From positions 44,330,001 to 44,394,000 of the forward strand of contig NC_091476.1 in the NCBI RefSeq assembly GCF_036971445.1: a stretch of 64,000 bases of DNA, read 5' to 3'. The DNA is from Narcine bancroftii (lineage: Eukaryota). Every line of letters begins with the position of its first letter. Position 1 is the first letter of the stretch. The translations under genes were made by a program, and so were the position numbers. The notes under the pieces were generated by a model. It was not told the DNA's origin. It saw only the letters and a program-made list of their open reading frames with translations, and made no database searches. Of this stretch, positions 12,600 to 23,959 are shown piece after piece.

Positions 12600-12960
12600 G
12601 GCTGATTCTGAAGGTGTAGATGCATGGGATCGGTGGTGAGTTGTTATTTGGTTGGCTCGTAAAGACAGAGGGCAATGGTGAAAGGGTGTGATTCAGACTG
12701 GAGGTCTGTGATCAGTGGTGTTCCACAGGGATCGTATTTGTGATGTACATAAATGAACAGAATGAGCGGGTTAATTTGTTTACAGATGCTACAAAGATTG
12801 GTGGAGCTATGGAGAGGGATATTAAAGAATACAACAGGATGTAGATCAGTTGCAGGTTTTAGCAAGTGTGAGATATTTCATAGACTTGTATGTCAGGTGG
12901 TAAAGAAAACATGTGGCATTCTTGGCTTTATTGCACAAGGCTTGAGTATAAAAGCAAGAT
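12600..12960 (+). mobile_element. CR1 RT fragment, internally deleted
   Basis: WLARKRQRAMV...WRSVISGVPQGS-like and QVVKKTCGILGFIAQG segments. Confidence 0.7.
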
Positions 12961-13069
12961 CCAAGATTCTTGCATAAGATGTAGAAAATTTCCTTCAGTC
13001 TACTGTAAGGCAGTCAAAGAAAGAAAAACAAAAGACCCGCCCCCACCCCCCCCCCCCCCCCCCCGGAGT

Positions 13070-14140
13070 TGCCGTGTCTGTAACTGGATCCTTGACTTCC
13101 TCATTGGAAGACCACAGTCAGTACGAATTGGAAACTCACCACTCTTCTCATTATGTACCCATGACTGTGTGGCTAAGCACAATTTCAATCCTATCTGCAA
13201 ATTTGCTGACGACACCTCCCTCTGCAATTGGATTCTTGACTTCCTTTCAAAGAAACTTCAAGCAGTCCGGATTTGCAACAGCACTTTCAAGACCATCACA
13301 TGGGGGGGCCCCCCAGGGCTGTGTGCTAAGTCCACTCTTGTTCACTCTACTGACCCACGACTGTGCGGCCGAACAGCTTGAACCACATCATCAAGTTCAT
13401 TGACAACATGACTGTGGTGGGCCTTGTTAATAAGAATGAGGAGTCATCATACAGAGATGAGGTGCTATTGCTAATGGACTGGTGCAGAGCCAACAACCTG
13501 TATCTGAACATTAATAAAACTTAAAGAGATAGTTTTTGATTTCAGGAGGGCCCAAGGGACCACATTCTGCTGACCATTGACAGCTTGGCTATTGGGGTTG
13601 TCAAGAGTATCAAGTTCCTTGGAGTGCATAGTGGACTCGGCTGTTCCCTTTAACACCAGCTACGTAGCCAAGAAAGCCCAGCAGCAAAGGCTGAGGAAAG
13701 TCCATCTCCCACCCCTCTCTCCCCTCCCCCCCCCAATCTTCACTGCATTCTACAGAGGAAGTATTGAGAGCATCCTGTGCAACTGTATACCCATCTGCTT
13801 TGGAAGCTGTACCACCTCGGATTTCAAGACCCACAGAGGATAGTGAAGTCAGTAGGAAAGATCAAATATCCACAACACTCAATGCCGGAGGTACCGTAGC
13901 ACTCTGGTCCTTGCGTCCAAATTGAGCAACATTTTATTTTCCCCCAAGCAAACAGGCTCCTGAATTCCCAGAACGCATGTGGATAGTGTACTGTGGACTT
14001 TTACTATATATGACTTAATGTTTTAATATTTCAATGTGTTCAACTTCTAACTTCTAAATATGCTCCGTGATCCTGGAGAAATGCTATCTCGTCTTTACCG
14101 TGCAAGCATGGTATGAACAATAAATAAAGGTGACTTGACT
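13070..14140 (+). mobile_element. Rex1/Babar-like LINE remnants (two fused pieces)
   Basis: CNWILDFL occurs twice (about 13079 and 13223), plus KFADDT, GAPQGCVLSPLLFTLLTHDC, FYRGSIESIL and tail aataaaggtgacttgact. Confidence 0.75.
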
Positions 14141-14149
14141 ACTTCATGA

Positions 14150-14945
14150 TCTAACCATTAGACACATTCCCATCTCTGTCTTCTGCAGGGACCGCTCCCT
14201 CCATGACTCCCTTGTCTACTCCTCCCTCCCCACCAATTATCCCCTTGGGTCCTACCCTTGTAACAGCAGGAGATGTTCCACTTGTGCCCACACCTCCTCC
14301 CTCTCTGCCATTCAGAGCCCCAAACTGTCCTTCCAAGTGAAGCAACATTTCACTGTGAACCTGCAGGGGTCATTACTGCATCTGGTGCTCCTGCTGTGGT
14401 CTCCTCTACATTGGAGTGACTAGATACAGACTAGGAGATCGCTTTGTTGAGCACCTCTGCTCAGACTGCTGCAATAGCTTGGATCTCCCGGTGGCCACCC
14501 ATTTCAATTCTCTATCCCACTCCCTTACCAACATGGCTGTCCATGATCTCCTGTATTACCAGACTGAGACCACCTGTATATTCTCATATTCAGACTGGGC
14601 ACCCTCCAACCGAATGCCATTAATGTAGACTTCTCTGGGTTTCATCGAAACTACCCCCACCCCCTTGCTTCCCCCACTGTCCCCTTTGCTTGTCTCATTT
14701 CACACAGATATGATAAATCCCACCTATCACCTTTTGTTGGTTTGGATTCTTTCCCCCATTGTTTGAATTCTGAGATTTTCTGATAGTTCCTGCATTTGCC
14801 TTTTCCTTGAAGGGCTCAGGTCCAACATGTCAGCAATATATTTTTGTCAAAAGGTCCTATGGTTGCTGAATAAACCAGCCGAGTTCCTCCAACATTTTGG
14901 TGTTTTTACTGCAATCACAGCATCTGCAACCTATCGTGTTTCCCT
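14150..14945 (+). mobile_element. Penelope-like element 3' part (GIY-YIG endonuclease and tail)
   Basis: YCIWCSCCGLLYIGVTRYRLGDRFVEHL...PVATHFNS (GIY-YIG with CxxC/H). Followed by gaagggctcagg..., gagttcctccaacattttg and cagcatctgca tail motifs. Confidence 0.8.
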
Positions 14946-15069
14946 TAGTACAAGTCTTGTGACGCCCGTATTTCTTTCCTGATAGCAGTAAAAGTTGAAC
15001 CTCTATTTTCCGGCACTATGTAGTCTGGTAACTCCTGTGATCTGGCACTTTTTGAATCTGCTGCGTTAG

Positions 15070-15225
15070 TACAAACCTCTTACGGACACTGTGAGACTCG
15101 AACCCTGGTCCAAATCGCTGGCGCTGTAAAGGTTGAATCTGCCACGATCAGGACCAGGGTTCGAGTCCCGATCGCTGGAGCTGTAAAGGCATTGCACTAA
15201 TTACTACGTGAACAGTGCCTCCCCA
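15070..15225 (-). mobile_element. 5' part of a tRNA-derived SINE with internal rearrangement
   Basis: B-box-like GGTTCGAGTC on both strands; similar to SINE heads at 32350-32420 and 47650-47725. Confidence 0.7.
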
Positions 15226-15289
15226 TAGTATTAGTTCTTGTTTTAAACTTTGTTCTACCTTTGATATATTTACATAGGGGTGTCCTTAT

Positions 15290-15690
15290 AGGAGTTGATT
15301 TCTGTTTTCTGGCATTTTCTGCGGTCTGGCAATTGCCAGGTCCTGACATCGCCGGATTAAAGAGGCTTGATCTGTAGGGGATCCTTGATGATTACTGCTA
15401 CTCTCTAACATGTAGATTTTTTTAATGGTGGGCAGAGTTTTGCCTGCAATGCTATGTCCATGACCTTTTGAAAGACTTTCCACTGCGAGGTGTTAGTGCT
15501 CCCATACCAGACTGTAATGTAGCTAGTGAACATACTTTGCACTACACATCTGTAGATGTTTGCCAAGGTTTCCAATGTCATACCAAACCTCTGTAAACTC
15601 CTGAGAATGTAGAGAAGCAGATGTATGGTACTTCATGATGACATAAGAGTGTTGGGTCCAGGAAATCCATATTTGATCATGACTGTGGGT
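15290..15690 (-). mobile_element. Rex/Babar-like LINE fragment
   Basis: Minus-strand similarity to 26880-27240 and 53900-54360 (SLVWEH, IAGKTLPTIKKIY, IIKDP). Confidence 0.55.
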
Positions 15691-16492
15691 GCTATATGTG
15701 TAGAGTTTGCACATTCATTCTGTAAGGTTGTTCATGTCCCTTGGGTGCTTTCTTATTCCCAAGACTTGGTTGTTGATCAGTTAATTGGCTTCTGTAAATG
15801 ACCCATGGTGAAGGTCGGTGGCAGGAGAATCAAGTGGTGTTAATGAACATGTGAATTAATTCCAGGGGGAATAAAATGGCAGAAACTAAGACTAACAGGA
15901 AAGTTCCAAGAGCTGGCATAAACTTGAGTCAAATAGCCACATTCGATGTTGAGAAAATATAAGAGTTTATCAAGGCAATAAAAGCGATTGCAGGATCATC
16001 TCAGAGGAAATTTAATGGTGGTTAATCCTGGATCTGCCAAGAGGAGGAATGTAAAATGAATGAGATGAACAGAGTGAGGAAATACAGCATTCTAGAACTG
16101 AGATGCATGCACAGCCTTTGAAAGCAGTTTGGAATAAAACAAGAACGCTGGAAATACTCAGCAAATAGGATTGCATCTGTGGAGAGAGAAACAAAATTTG
16201 TTACAGATGAATTATCTTGCATCAGAACTGTCCATTTGTGGCACCATCTGAAATAGTTGAATTTGGTATTGATTACTGAGGCTCGCAATGTGTCTGGGTT
16301 GAAACAGGAAAACTATTCTTCCAGCTTCCATTGGACTTTGAACAGTAGAGGAGGCAAAAAAAAATTAAGAGTTGTCACAAAGCTGATATTTGAAGTGTTT
16401 TTGATATCAAGTGGTGTAATAGTGTAACAAGTTCTGATGATAAATCTTCCCTGCATGTCAAGAAAACTCCAGTTGTTTATTTTCCACAACAG

Positions 16493-16564
16493 GTTGGGCT
16501 TCACCTTCCAAGGAATGGAGAAAAATTGGATGAAAATACAAAATAGAGACACAGAAGTTGAAAT
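16493..16564 (+). CDS. ATP11C: ATP11C exon (N domain)
   Basis: aacag|G ... AT|gtatgc. (K)LGFTFQGMEKNWMKIQNRDTEVE. 72 nt, phase 2/2 fits both neighbours. Confidence 0.92.
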
Positions 16565-16671
16565 GTATGCATTTTCTTCCTTCATAAAATTGTTGTAAAT
16601 CATACCATTTAATCAGTTTGTATTACTGTATTATTGAAAATTAATTCATTTATTAGTTGACTATAGAATGT

Positions 16672-16727
16672 CAACTTTTTACCCCCTCCATAAATCTTCG
16701 TCCGCGAAGCCAAGCCAAAGAAGAAAG
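16672..16727 (+). mobile_element. Very short RTE 3' tail insertion
   Basis: cccctccataaatcttcgtccgcgaagccaagccaaagaagaa shared with 38318-38360 and 56070-56116. TSD ATAGAATGT at 16663-16671 and 16728-16736. Confidence 0.8.
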
Positions 16728-18527
16728 ATAGAATGTACTCCAAAACATTCTAGCAATGAGGTGACCAGCTTCTGCCTTTCACGTGATTTTATTTTTTGCA
16801 TGCTTGCTTCTATTTGTCTTTGCAAATTTCCCTTATCTGGTCAAACTTTTGTCATTAGCTGTACACTGGCATAAGCTGCTCACTGTTCCAGCTGTGTATT
16901 ATTTCCTGCCACAGGTACTGAAGAGCTTAGAATGTGCACAAAAATCCACGATTCTGATGGATGTTCTGGGATTTTAATTATCCAACAAAAAAATTTGGTA
17001 TTGTCACAGTTATTGGACATGTAAGCCATAGTCTTAATCCAGTGGGAGAGTAGTTTGATTTCAAATCCCACAATAGCAGATATATTTTAATGAAAGATAA
17101 AGAGCAGTCACTATTATATTTGTTATTTGAGCTATGATATTCATAAATTACTTTTAAATTCAATTGTTTAAGTTCTAGAACACAAGGACTATCAGTATGG
17201 CAATGATGAGACTTTTTAAAATCTGATTCACCAGTAGTTTTGGAAGGAAAACGAACCCACTTACTCAGTCTGAACATTATGCATACTTAGTTGCTCTTGA
17301 AGGGTGATGAAGAATGGGCTTCATATGTCCGCCTTGTAAGTGATGCCCAAATCTTTTAAATTAAGAAAAAAGTGTGTGGTAAGATGTGTTATGTCAATTT
17401 TTGTTAATAACTGCATTCATATTAGTGTTTTCCCTTTGAAGATTTTTTAAGGAAGGCTTGTTCAGTGGCTCTTAAAACATGAATGTGTCTTTCCTATCAA
17501 AATTAAATATTCAGATCGCAGCATTTTTTTTGAGTTTTGTAAGTCTCTTACAAGATTACTTTTATTGGCCATCTCTAAGTATCCTTGAAGGTGGTGCTGA
17601 ACTTGCACAACAGCAGACCTTGTGGTAAAGGTATCCGCGAAATGTCATTAGATATAGAGGGCCAGGATTTAGATCCAGGAATGACGAAGGGACTGTGGAC
17701 TTTTGGTTGGGCAGATTTGTAATTTGTTAGAGCAGTTGATCCCATGTGCTTGCTGTCCTTTGCCTTCCAGATGGAGGTGGCAGGTTGTTTGAGGTAGCTC
17801 GGCAAGTAAATGTAGTGGATTTTGTAGATGATTATGTATTGTAATTGTGGCATGAGGAATATGGGGAAATTATATTCATGGTGGATGAGTGGACGGCCAA
17901 GCAGATTGTTTTGGTGTTAAGTTATCTGATCTTCATTAGACTCCAGACTTGCTTTGCAAAGATTGCAAAGAATTTGGCATTTCAGAGGGTGATCAACGTG
18001 CTCAACCTCTGTCTCTCTTAATAAACACAAAACGAACAGTTTCTGTTGGGAGGCAGTTGCCTGGATGTGTTGGATGAGGAGTCAGCAGTGTCGTGCAGCA
18101 TGGAACAAGTCGCAATGTCCAATTCATACAGGCTAACAAAGTTGGCTTTTTGAGATAGTTCCACTTACTTACTTTTGACGTGTCCTTCCAATCCATACAT
18201 CTACCTAAATACCATTTGAACATTTTCCTGGTATGGACTACCTTCTGGGAAAGTTAAATCACTCTCCTTTGACCTGAAACTTCTGCCTTCTAGTTCCAGT
18301 GGTACTACTGTTTGAATAATAAGACAAAATGGATAGATTCTCTTCTTGGAGGTGGTCTTTGTTGGCATTTTGAAATACAAATATTGCTTACTGTCTCTGA
18401 GTCCATGCCTCAATGTTGTCCCTTCTGCTTCAGTTACTTGGGCGTTCCTTGTGTAGTCATCAGCAAACATCCACTCTTCTGACCTTGTACTGAAAAAATG
18501 AAGCAGATGATTGGCCTTGAACAAAAG

Positions 18528-18763
18528 CAGTAGAGCAGTGCAATTAGTGTAATGTAATTGCAGCCTCAGTGATCTGGGTCGAATCCAGCACTGTCTATCG
18601 AGTGTGTATGTTCTCCCTGTGTCTGTGTGGGTTTCCTTCATGTGCTCTGGTTTCCTCCCACTCTTCAAAAATGTACGAGGGTGGTAGATCAAAGGGGGTA
18701 TTTGGGTGGCGTAGGCTTATAGGCTGAAAGGTCCTGTTACTGTGCTGTATATCTAAATTTAAA
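18528..18763 (+). mobile_element. V-SINE (HE1-like, tRNA-derived)
   Basis: tRNA-like head, V-domain tgttctccctgtgtctgtgtgggtttcc...ctggtttcctccca and CR1-like tail cctgttactgtgctgtat. Confidence 0.8.
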
Positions 18764-19643
18764 GTGCTGGTCACACTGCATCTATGCATTGGGAATGGTT
18801 CATGTCTCAGGTCAAAGATACTTCACCAAAAGTAGGAAAGAGGGAAAAAGGCTGTGTGGGACAAAAATGAAAATAAGGACTGTCTTATAGATTATAAAGG
18901 GCAAGGAAATAGATCAGATGATGATGGCTTTGGAAAACAGAATTGCAGTTTCTTCAATCAGTTAGTGAAATCTGAAACCAAAGGTGAAGTACTGGAAATG
19001 CCCATCAGGTCAGCTAGAGTTATAGAAAGCAAAAAATAATTAATATTACCAATAAATAACCTTCCAACAGAACCATCCAGTTTTAATTCTACAAAGTGGT
19101 CACTCTCTATGTTTGGTTCCTCCACTTTGGAGACCATGGCAGAAAAACTATCTTAAAAATGCCAAATTGGAACTTATCTTCATTTGAGGGGGCTGCTGGG
19201 GTTCCTGGATGGTAAAAGATGTTGTATTTCCTGAGGTTGCATGGGAAAGGGAGATGGTCAGTTGAAAATGGAAGAGAAGATACACGAGTTACAAGGGGAA
19301 AGTCCCTTCAGAATGCTTAAAGGGAATGGGAGGGAAAGATGAATGGTGGCAGAGTCCAAAGAGGCATTATGAAAGCTGTGAAAGATGGCTCATTAAATAG
19401 AGATCCGTAGGTAGAAGGCCTAGAGAATTTCTCCTTGCTCTGCCTAGGAGAAGGGGTGAGTTGTACCTTCAGTTAATTGTCTTTTGGCAGAAGGTCAGAA
19501 TTGGTGGGGGGGGGTGGTGGGGGGGAGGATGACAGTTAATCAAGTTGCCAAATAAACTTTGTTTATCATTTGTGATTTTTGCATTTTCAAAGTGTTTCAA
19601 CTGTTGGTACCTTTTTGAGGCCAAAAGTGGTGTTTTCTTACAG

Positions 19644-19717
19644 GTATGAACTTCTGCAAGTTCTTAACTTTGACTCTGTTCGTCGACGCATGAGTGTAAT
19701 AGTGCAAGATCGTTCAG
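19644..19717 (+). CDS. ATP11C: ATP11C exon (N domain, FDSVRRRMSV)
   Basis: ttacag|G ... G|gtagca. YELLQVLNFDSVRRRMSVIVQDRS. 74 nt. Confidence 0.95.
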
Positions 19718-19910
19718 GTAGCATCCTCTTCAAGACCAAGTTAAAAACTAATTGCCTGTAACCTTAAAAATAATAAAAGTTTTTATAGAAAGTCGTGATT
19801 AAATTTTGATTGCTTTATTTTGCAAAGTTTGATTAAGGTGTCATAAACACTTTAATTTCTGGTTCCCATGCAGCATTAATCTGGTATTTTTATTTTTATT
19901 TAAACCACAG

Positions 19911-20014
19911 GAAAAATTTTCCTTTTCTGTAAGGGAGCAGACTCTTCAGTTTTTCCCAGAGTGAAAGCAGGAAAACAAGAGGAAATAAAATTCCATGTGG
20001 AACACAGTGCGGTG
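19911..20014 (+). CDS. ATP11C: ATP11C exon (KGAD motif)
   Basis: ccacag|GA ... GTG|gtaaga. (G)[34 protein letters not shown]. 104 nt. Confidence 0.95.
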
Positions 20015-20950
20015 GTAAGATCCAGTGTGCTAATGTGGCCTTTCTAAGTGATTTTTCTGACGGTTGGGATTTTTTTCCCCCAAGTGTTATGCATGTAGAT
20101 TTTCATATTAAATATAAAGGCCTTCATACACACCTGAAACATTGACTGCCCATGGATGTTGTCTGACCTGCTGTGTTCCTCCAGAAATTCATTGTTTGCT
20201 TGAAATATTAAGGAACGTTTTGGGCGCAGACCATTTCGATCGTGCATTGGCCTTTTCTGGAATCCTCTTTTCTGCAATTTCCCAACCACCCGCAAAAAAA
20301 AAAATGTTTTGAAGAACATGCATTGGTTTCATTCACGCATTATCAAAGTTTGAGCTGCAGATTCCAAATTAGATTGGTGGTGAAGAACATGCAAAAACAA
20401 TATTTTTTCTTTGGGTTGTTAAAATTCTCTCGAAGATCATAGTTGGCTACAGTTGAAAATCTTTAGGGGGAAAGAAACCTTCAATTTTTTTCACCCCCCT
20501 GTTTAATTTCCCCTTGGAAAATTACTCTTCTAAAATTCCATTGAGTATTTGATATTGGATAATAATTGTAGTGTTACAGGGAAGTTCATTGGCAGTTGCC
20601 CCTGAAGATGAGCTTCCCATTTTACCATGAATACATGGTAAAAGTGAAAACCAGAATCCTATCTTAATCTTGTATAGGTAATAAAGGGTCTTTCTGTAGG
20701 TTATAAATAGAGCAAGGTAAACCTCTCGGGTGGAAACATGCATGGAATTATTTTCCCATTTGGATCTCGTTACTGACTAACCTTTCTTTTAAATTGGCAT
20801 TTAGATTTTGATCGTGCTCATTTCAATTAAATGTTCAATCTATAAACGTGTTTAAACACAGTAAAACTCCACCAAGTGAGTGATTTGCTATTTGTATCAA
20901 TGTAATGATATTAAGTGGAAAAAAAAGTTCTTGTTGCATGATTTTTCCAG

Positions 20951-21132
20951 GATGGTTTAAGAACACTCTGCGTCGCTTATAAAGAATTTGCTCAGGACGA
21001 ATATGACCAGTTCAGTACACAGCTTCATGCTGCTAAAATGGCCCTCAAAGACAGAGAAGAAAAATTAGCAGAAGCTTATGATAACATTGAAAATGATATG
21101 CATTTAATTGGGGCAACAGCTGTGGAAGACAA
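20951..21132 (+). CDS. ATP11C: ATP11C exon (GLRTL...GATAVED)
   Basis: ttccag|GAT ... AA|gtgagt. [13 protein letters not shown]...[11 protein letters not shown]...LIGATAVED. 182 nt. Confidence 0.96.
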
Positions 21133-21848
21133 GTGAGTCTTTTGAGTGATCATTTATGTTGATACTCCAATCTATGCAAGCAGCCTTTGTCCTTGTGTGT
21201 AGCTGGATTACATAGTTCTGCCTTTTGGCAGAAGGGTGGTTTGATGATAAACTTTGTTTATCTGCCTGCTTTCCTATGTGGACTCCAAGTGATATTTGTT
21301 AATAAGGTGGTGTACTAATTTGTGGAGAGGAAAACAGTTCAAGACAATGATTTCACAACATTTGCAATATATAGCTCTGTTTCTGTCTCCACAACTAATG
21401 CTTTACCCGCAGTGTATTGGGCAGCATTTTGTTTCATTTCCAATTTCTAGGACCTGTGGTATTTTTCATTTGTATCTCCAGCATATTCAATTATTATTTC
21501 ACCATATATGGGTGATGCCAGAAATTTTGCATTTGATAATAGACCTTTGGCTATGTCCTTGCATGTGCTTTGATTTCTCCTTGTTTATTTTTATTGAAGT
21601 CTGTTCAGATGCTGAGGGTAAACTATAGAATTTGGACTCTGTTTTCATAATTACAACTATTTGAACCTCCAATTAAAAGTGTAGCACATATTGCAAAACC
21701 ATTAACAGCTGAAATGATGCAGAGGGTCTTCTCTCTACAAGATTGAGTCTTGGATAACATAGCAGTCCATTATGATAGTACAGTTTGACCTGATTTCAAC
21801 TAATAGTGAAAGAATTTTTTTTTTTTAATTGTATATATTGAAAATCTG

Positions 21849-21976
21849 AAATAAACCAGATAATTGTGGAAACATTCAGCAGATCAGTCAACATTTATGG
21901 AAAGAGAAAGTTAATATTTCTGTTTTGTGCTCTTACCACATTATATGTTGAGTGTTTCCAGAATTATGTTTTATTT
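21849..21976. repeat. Short fold-back element made of inverted Penelope-type tail sequences
   Basis: 21860-21881 ATAATTGTGGAAACATTCAGCA versus the reverse complement of 21946-21967: 19/22 matches. Confidence 0.6.
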
Positions 21977-22869
21977 TAACTGATGATGGGTGGTTGCTGA
22001 GCTGAATTTGATTTATTTCCACAATTTTGTTTCCTCAGCTTGTGGAATTATCTTTCATCCAGTAATAGGCATGCAAGTTAAACCACCACAATGCTGAATC
22101 AGAAATAAATATAGGGCTGCTTGGATATTAGGTTGGTGAGTCTGAAGGGTACACACATGAGTATTTTTCTTCAGAAAAGTTGATGGTCTTGATGACATTT
22201 GGGATTGCTTGATACAGCTTGTTTTCAGTGGGAATAAAAACTATTGCTGAGCTTTTCCATTCTTCTAATAATCATTCCAGCTTGACAACTAACCAAATGG
22301 AAATGTACAAGAGCAAAACATAATAACTCATCTTATTTTTTGGTTTCATTGTAATAAATTTGTGTTGCATAGGACAATAACCTAACAGCAAAGGCTAGTG
22401 GAGCTATATAATCAGACAAGCTAAAGATGTCCCAATTGTTAAACCCATCTGGTCAGTTCATAAACCTGAGTAATCAGAGAGGGGGAAAAAAATGCTAGTT
22501 TTCAAACCAAACCGGTTTAATAGAATTGAAACTGCTTGATTGTTGTAAAATCCCAAATGTTTATTGATGTGCTTGAGAAGCACATCTGTTGTCCGTAGGT
22601 GCTTTAGTGTTTTGATCATGCCCCCAATACCATCCCCCCCCCCAAAATCTGCACCAAAGTTGCTGATTCTTTAAATTCTTACTGATGTGGCTGGGTTTTC
22701 CTATCCAGGTTAACTGGGTAGGAGCAGTAACTGCTAACTGTGCCAAACATAATCCTGTAATTGGAAAGAAGGCAACTGATACCACAACATGAATCTTCCA
22801 GGCTTGATCATAAACATCTCAGCCACTAATGGCCAATGTAGCTATCTGTTTAAATTGTGGGAAAACCTG

Positions 22870-23280
22870 ATTAGAAGGATGATTCCGAGAATAAAAAGAT
22901 TATCGTATGAGGTCCATTTGACATCTCTTAGCCTATACTAATTAGAATTTAGGAGAAGGGGGGGGGGGAGATCTCATTATTTCCCATGGTGGGACAGTCG
23001 GACAAGAGGGCACTATTTCAAGATTGAAGGGTGTCCACAGAACGGAGATGAGGAGGAATTTCTTCAGATAGAATGGTGTAAATCTGTGAAATTGACATAG
23101 GTGGTTGGGTTTATTTAAGGCAGCAATTGATATCATCATGTTTTGCCAGGGCATCAGAGGTTATGGGGAGAAGGCCAGGCAGGGGGGGCTGAGTGGAAAA
23201 ATGGATCAACTCCTGATTAAATGGTGGGCAGACTCGATGGGCAAAGTAGCTTATTTCCACTCCTATTTCTTATGGCTTTA
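22870..23280 (+). mobile_element. CR1 3' fragment
   Basis: gagatgaggaggaatttcttcag...gtaaatctgtg and tail gactcgatgggcaaagtagc...ctcctatttcttatgg. Confidence 0.75.
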
Positions 23281-23959
23281 TGAAGGTGCATTTTCTAGCT
23301 ACTAGAAAGTGACTCCTCATTCAACATTTCCCATTGTTATACTTGCTGCACTGTTCCATTGTCAAGAGGAAGGTGATGTGCAAAGTCATTTCTGCTCACA
23401 TCACGTCACCCATAAATATATATTACACAACTGATTATATTTAAATCTTTTTCAGGATGTACTCATTTTAAAAATATTCTGCCTTGGGTTCATAATCCCC
23501 TCGCTGCTGATTCAGGAATCCATGTAATAGAGGGACAATCTTTGGTGAGAGTGACCACAACTCCCTCAACTTCATCATAGCTATAGACAAGGTTAAACTG
23601 GGGAAGGGCTAATTATGAAGGGATGAGGCAGAGACTAGTGAGAATAAATTGAAAACAGATTTTTAAGGGTGAAAGCACAGAACTAATGTGGAGGAAGTTT
23701 AGGGACTAACTGTGCAGGGTTCAAGATAGGTTTGTCCCAATGGGATAAGGAAAAAATGTAGGAAATGTGAACCATGGCTGATGAAACAAGTCAGGCAACT
23801 AGTCAAGAGGAAGAAAGATGCATGCATTAGATGTAGGAAGCAGAAAAACAGGAAGAGCTCAGAGAATTTGGGGAGGAGCCTTCAGCCAGGAGAGTCACTG
23901 AAAATCCATGAGTAGTTATTGATATCTATCAATTTATTTATCTATTTTTAAGGGTTGCT

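Noticed and set aside
18528-18600. Functional tRNA genes at SINE heads (also about 15150, 32360, 47660)
   Set aside because: Only degenerate A/B boxes, no cloverleaf or T-terminator, and attached to V-domain SINE bodies.
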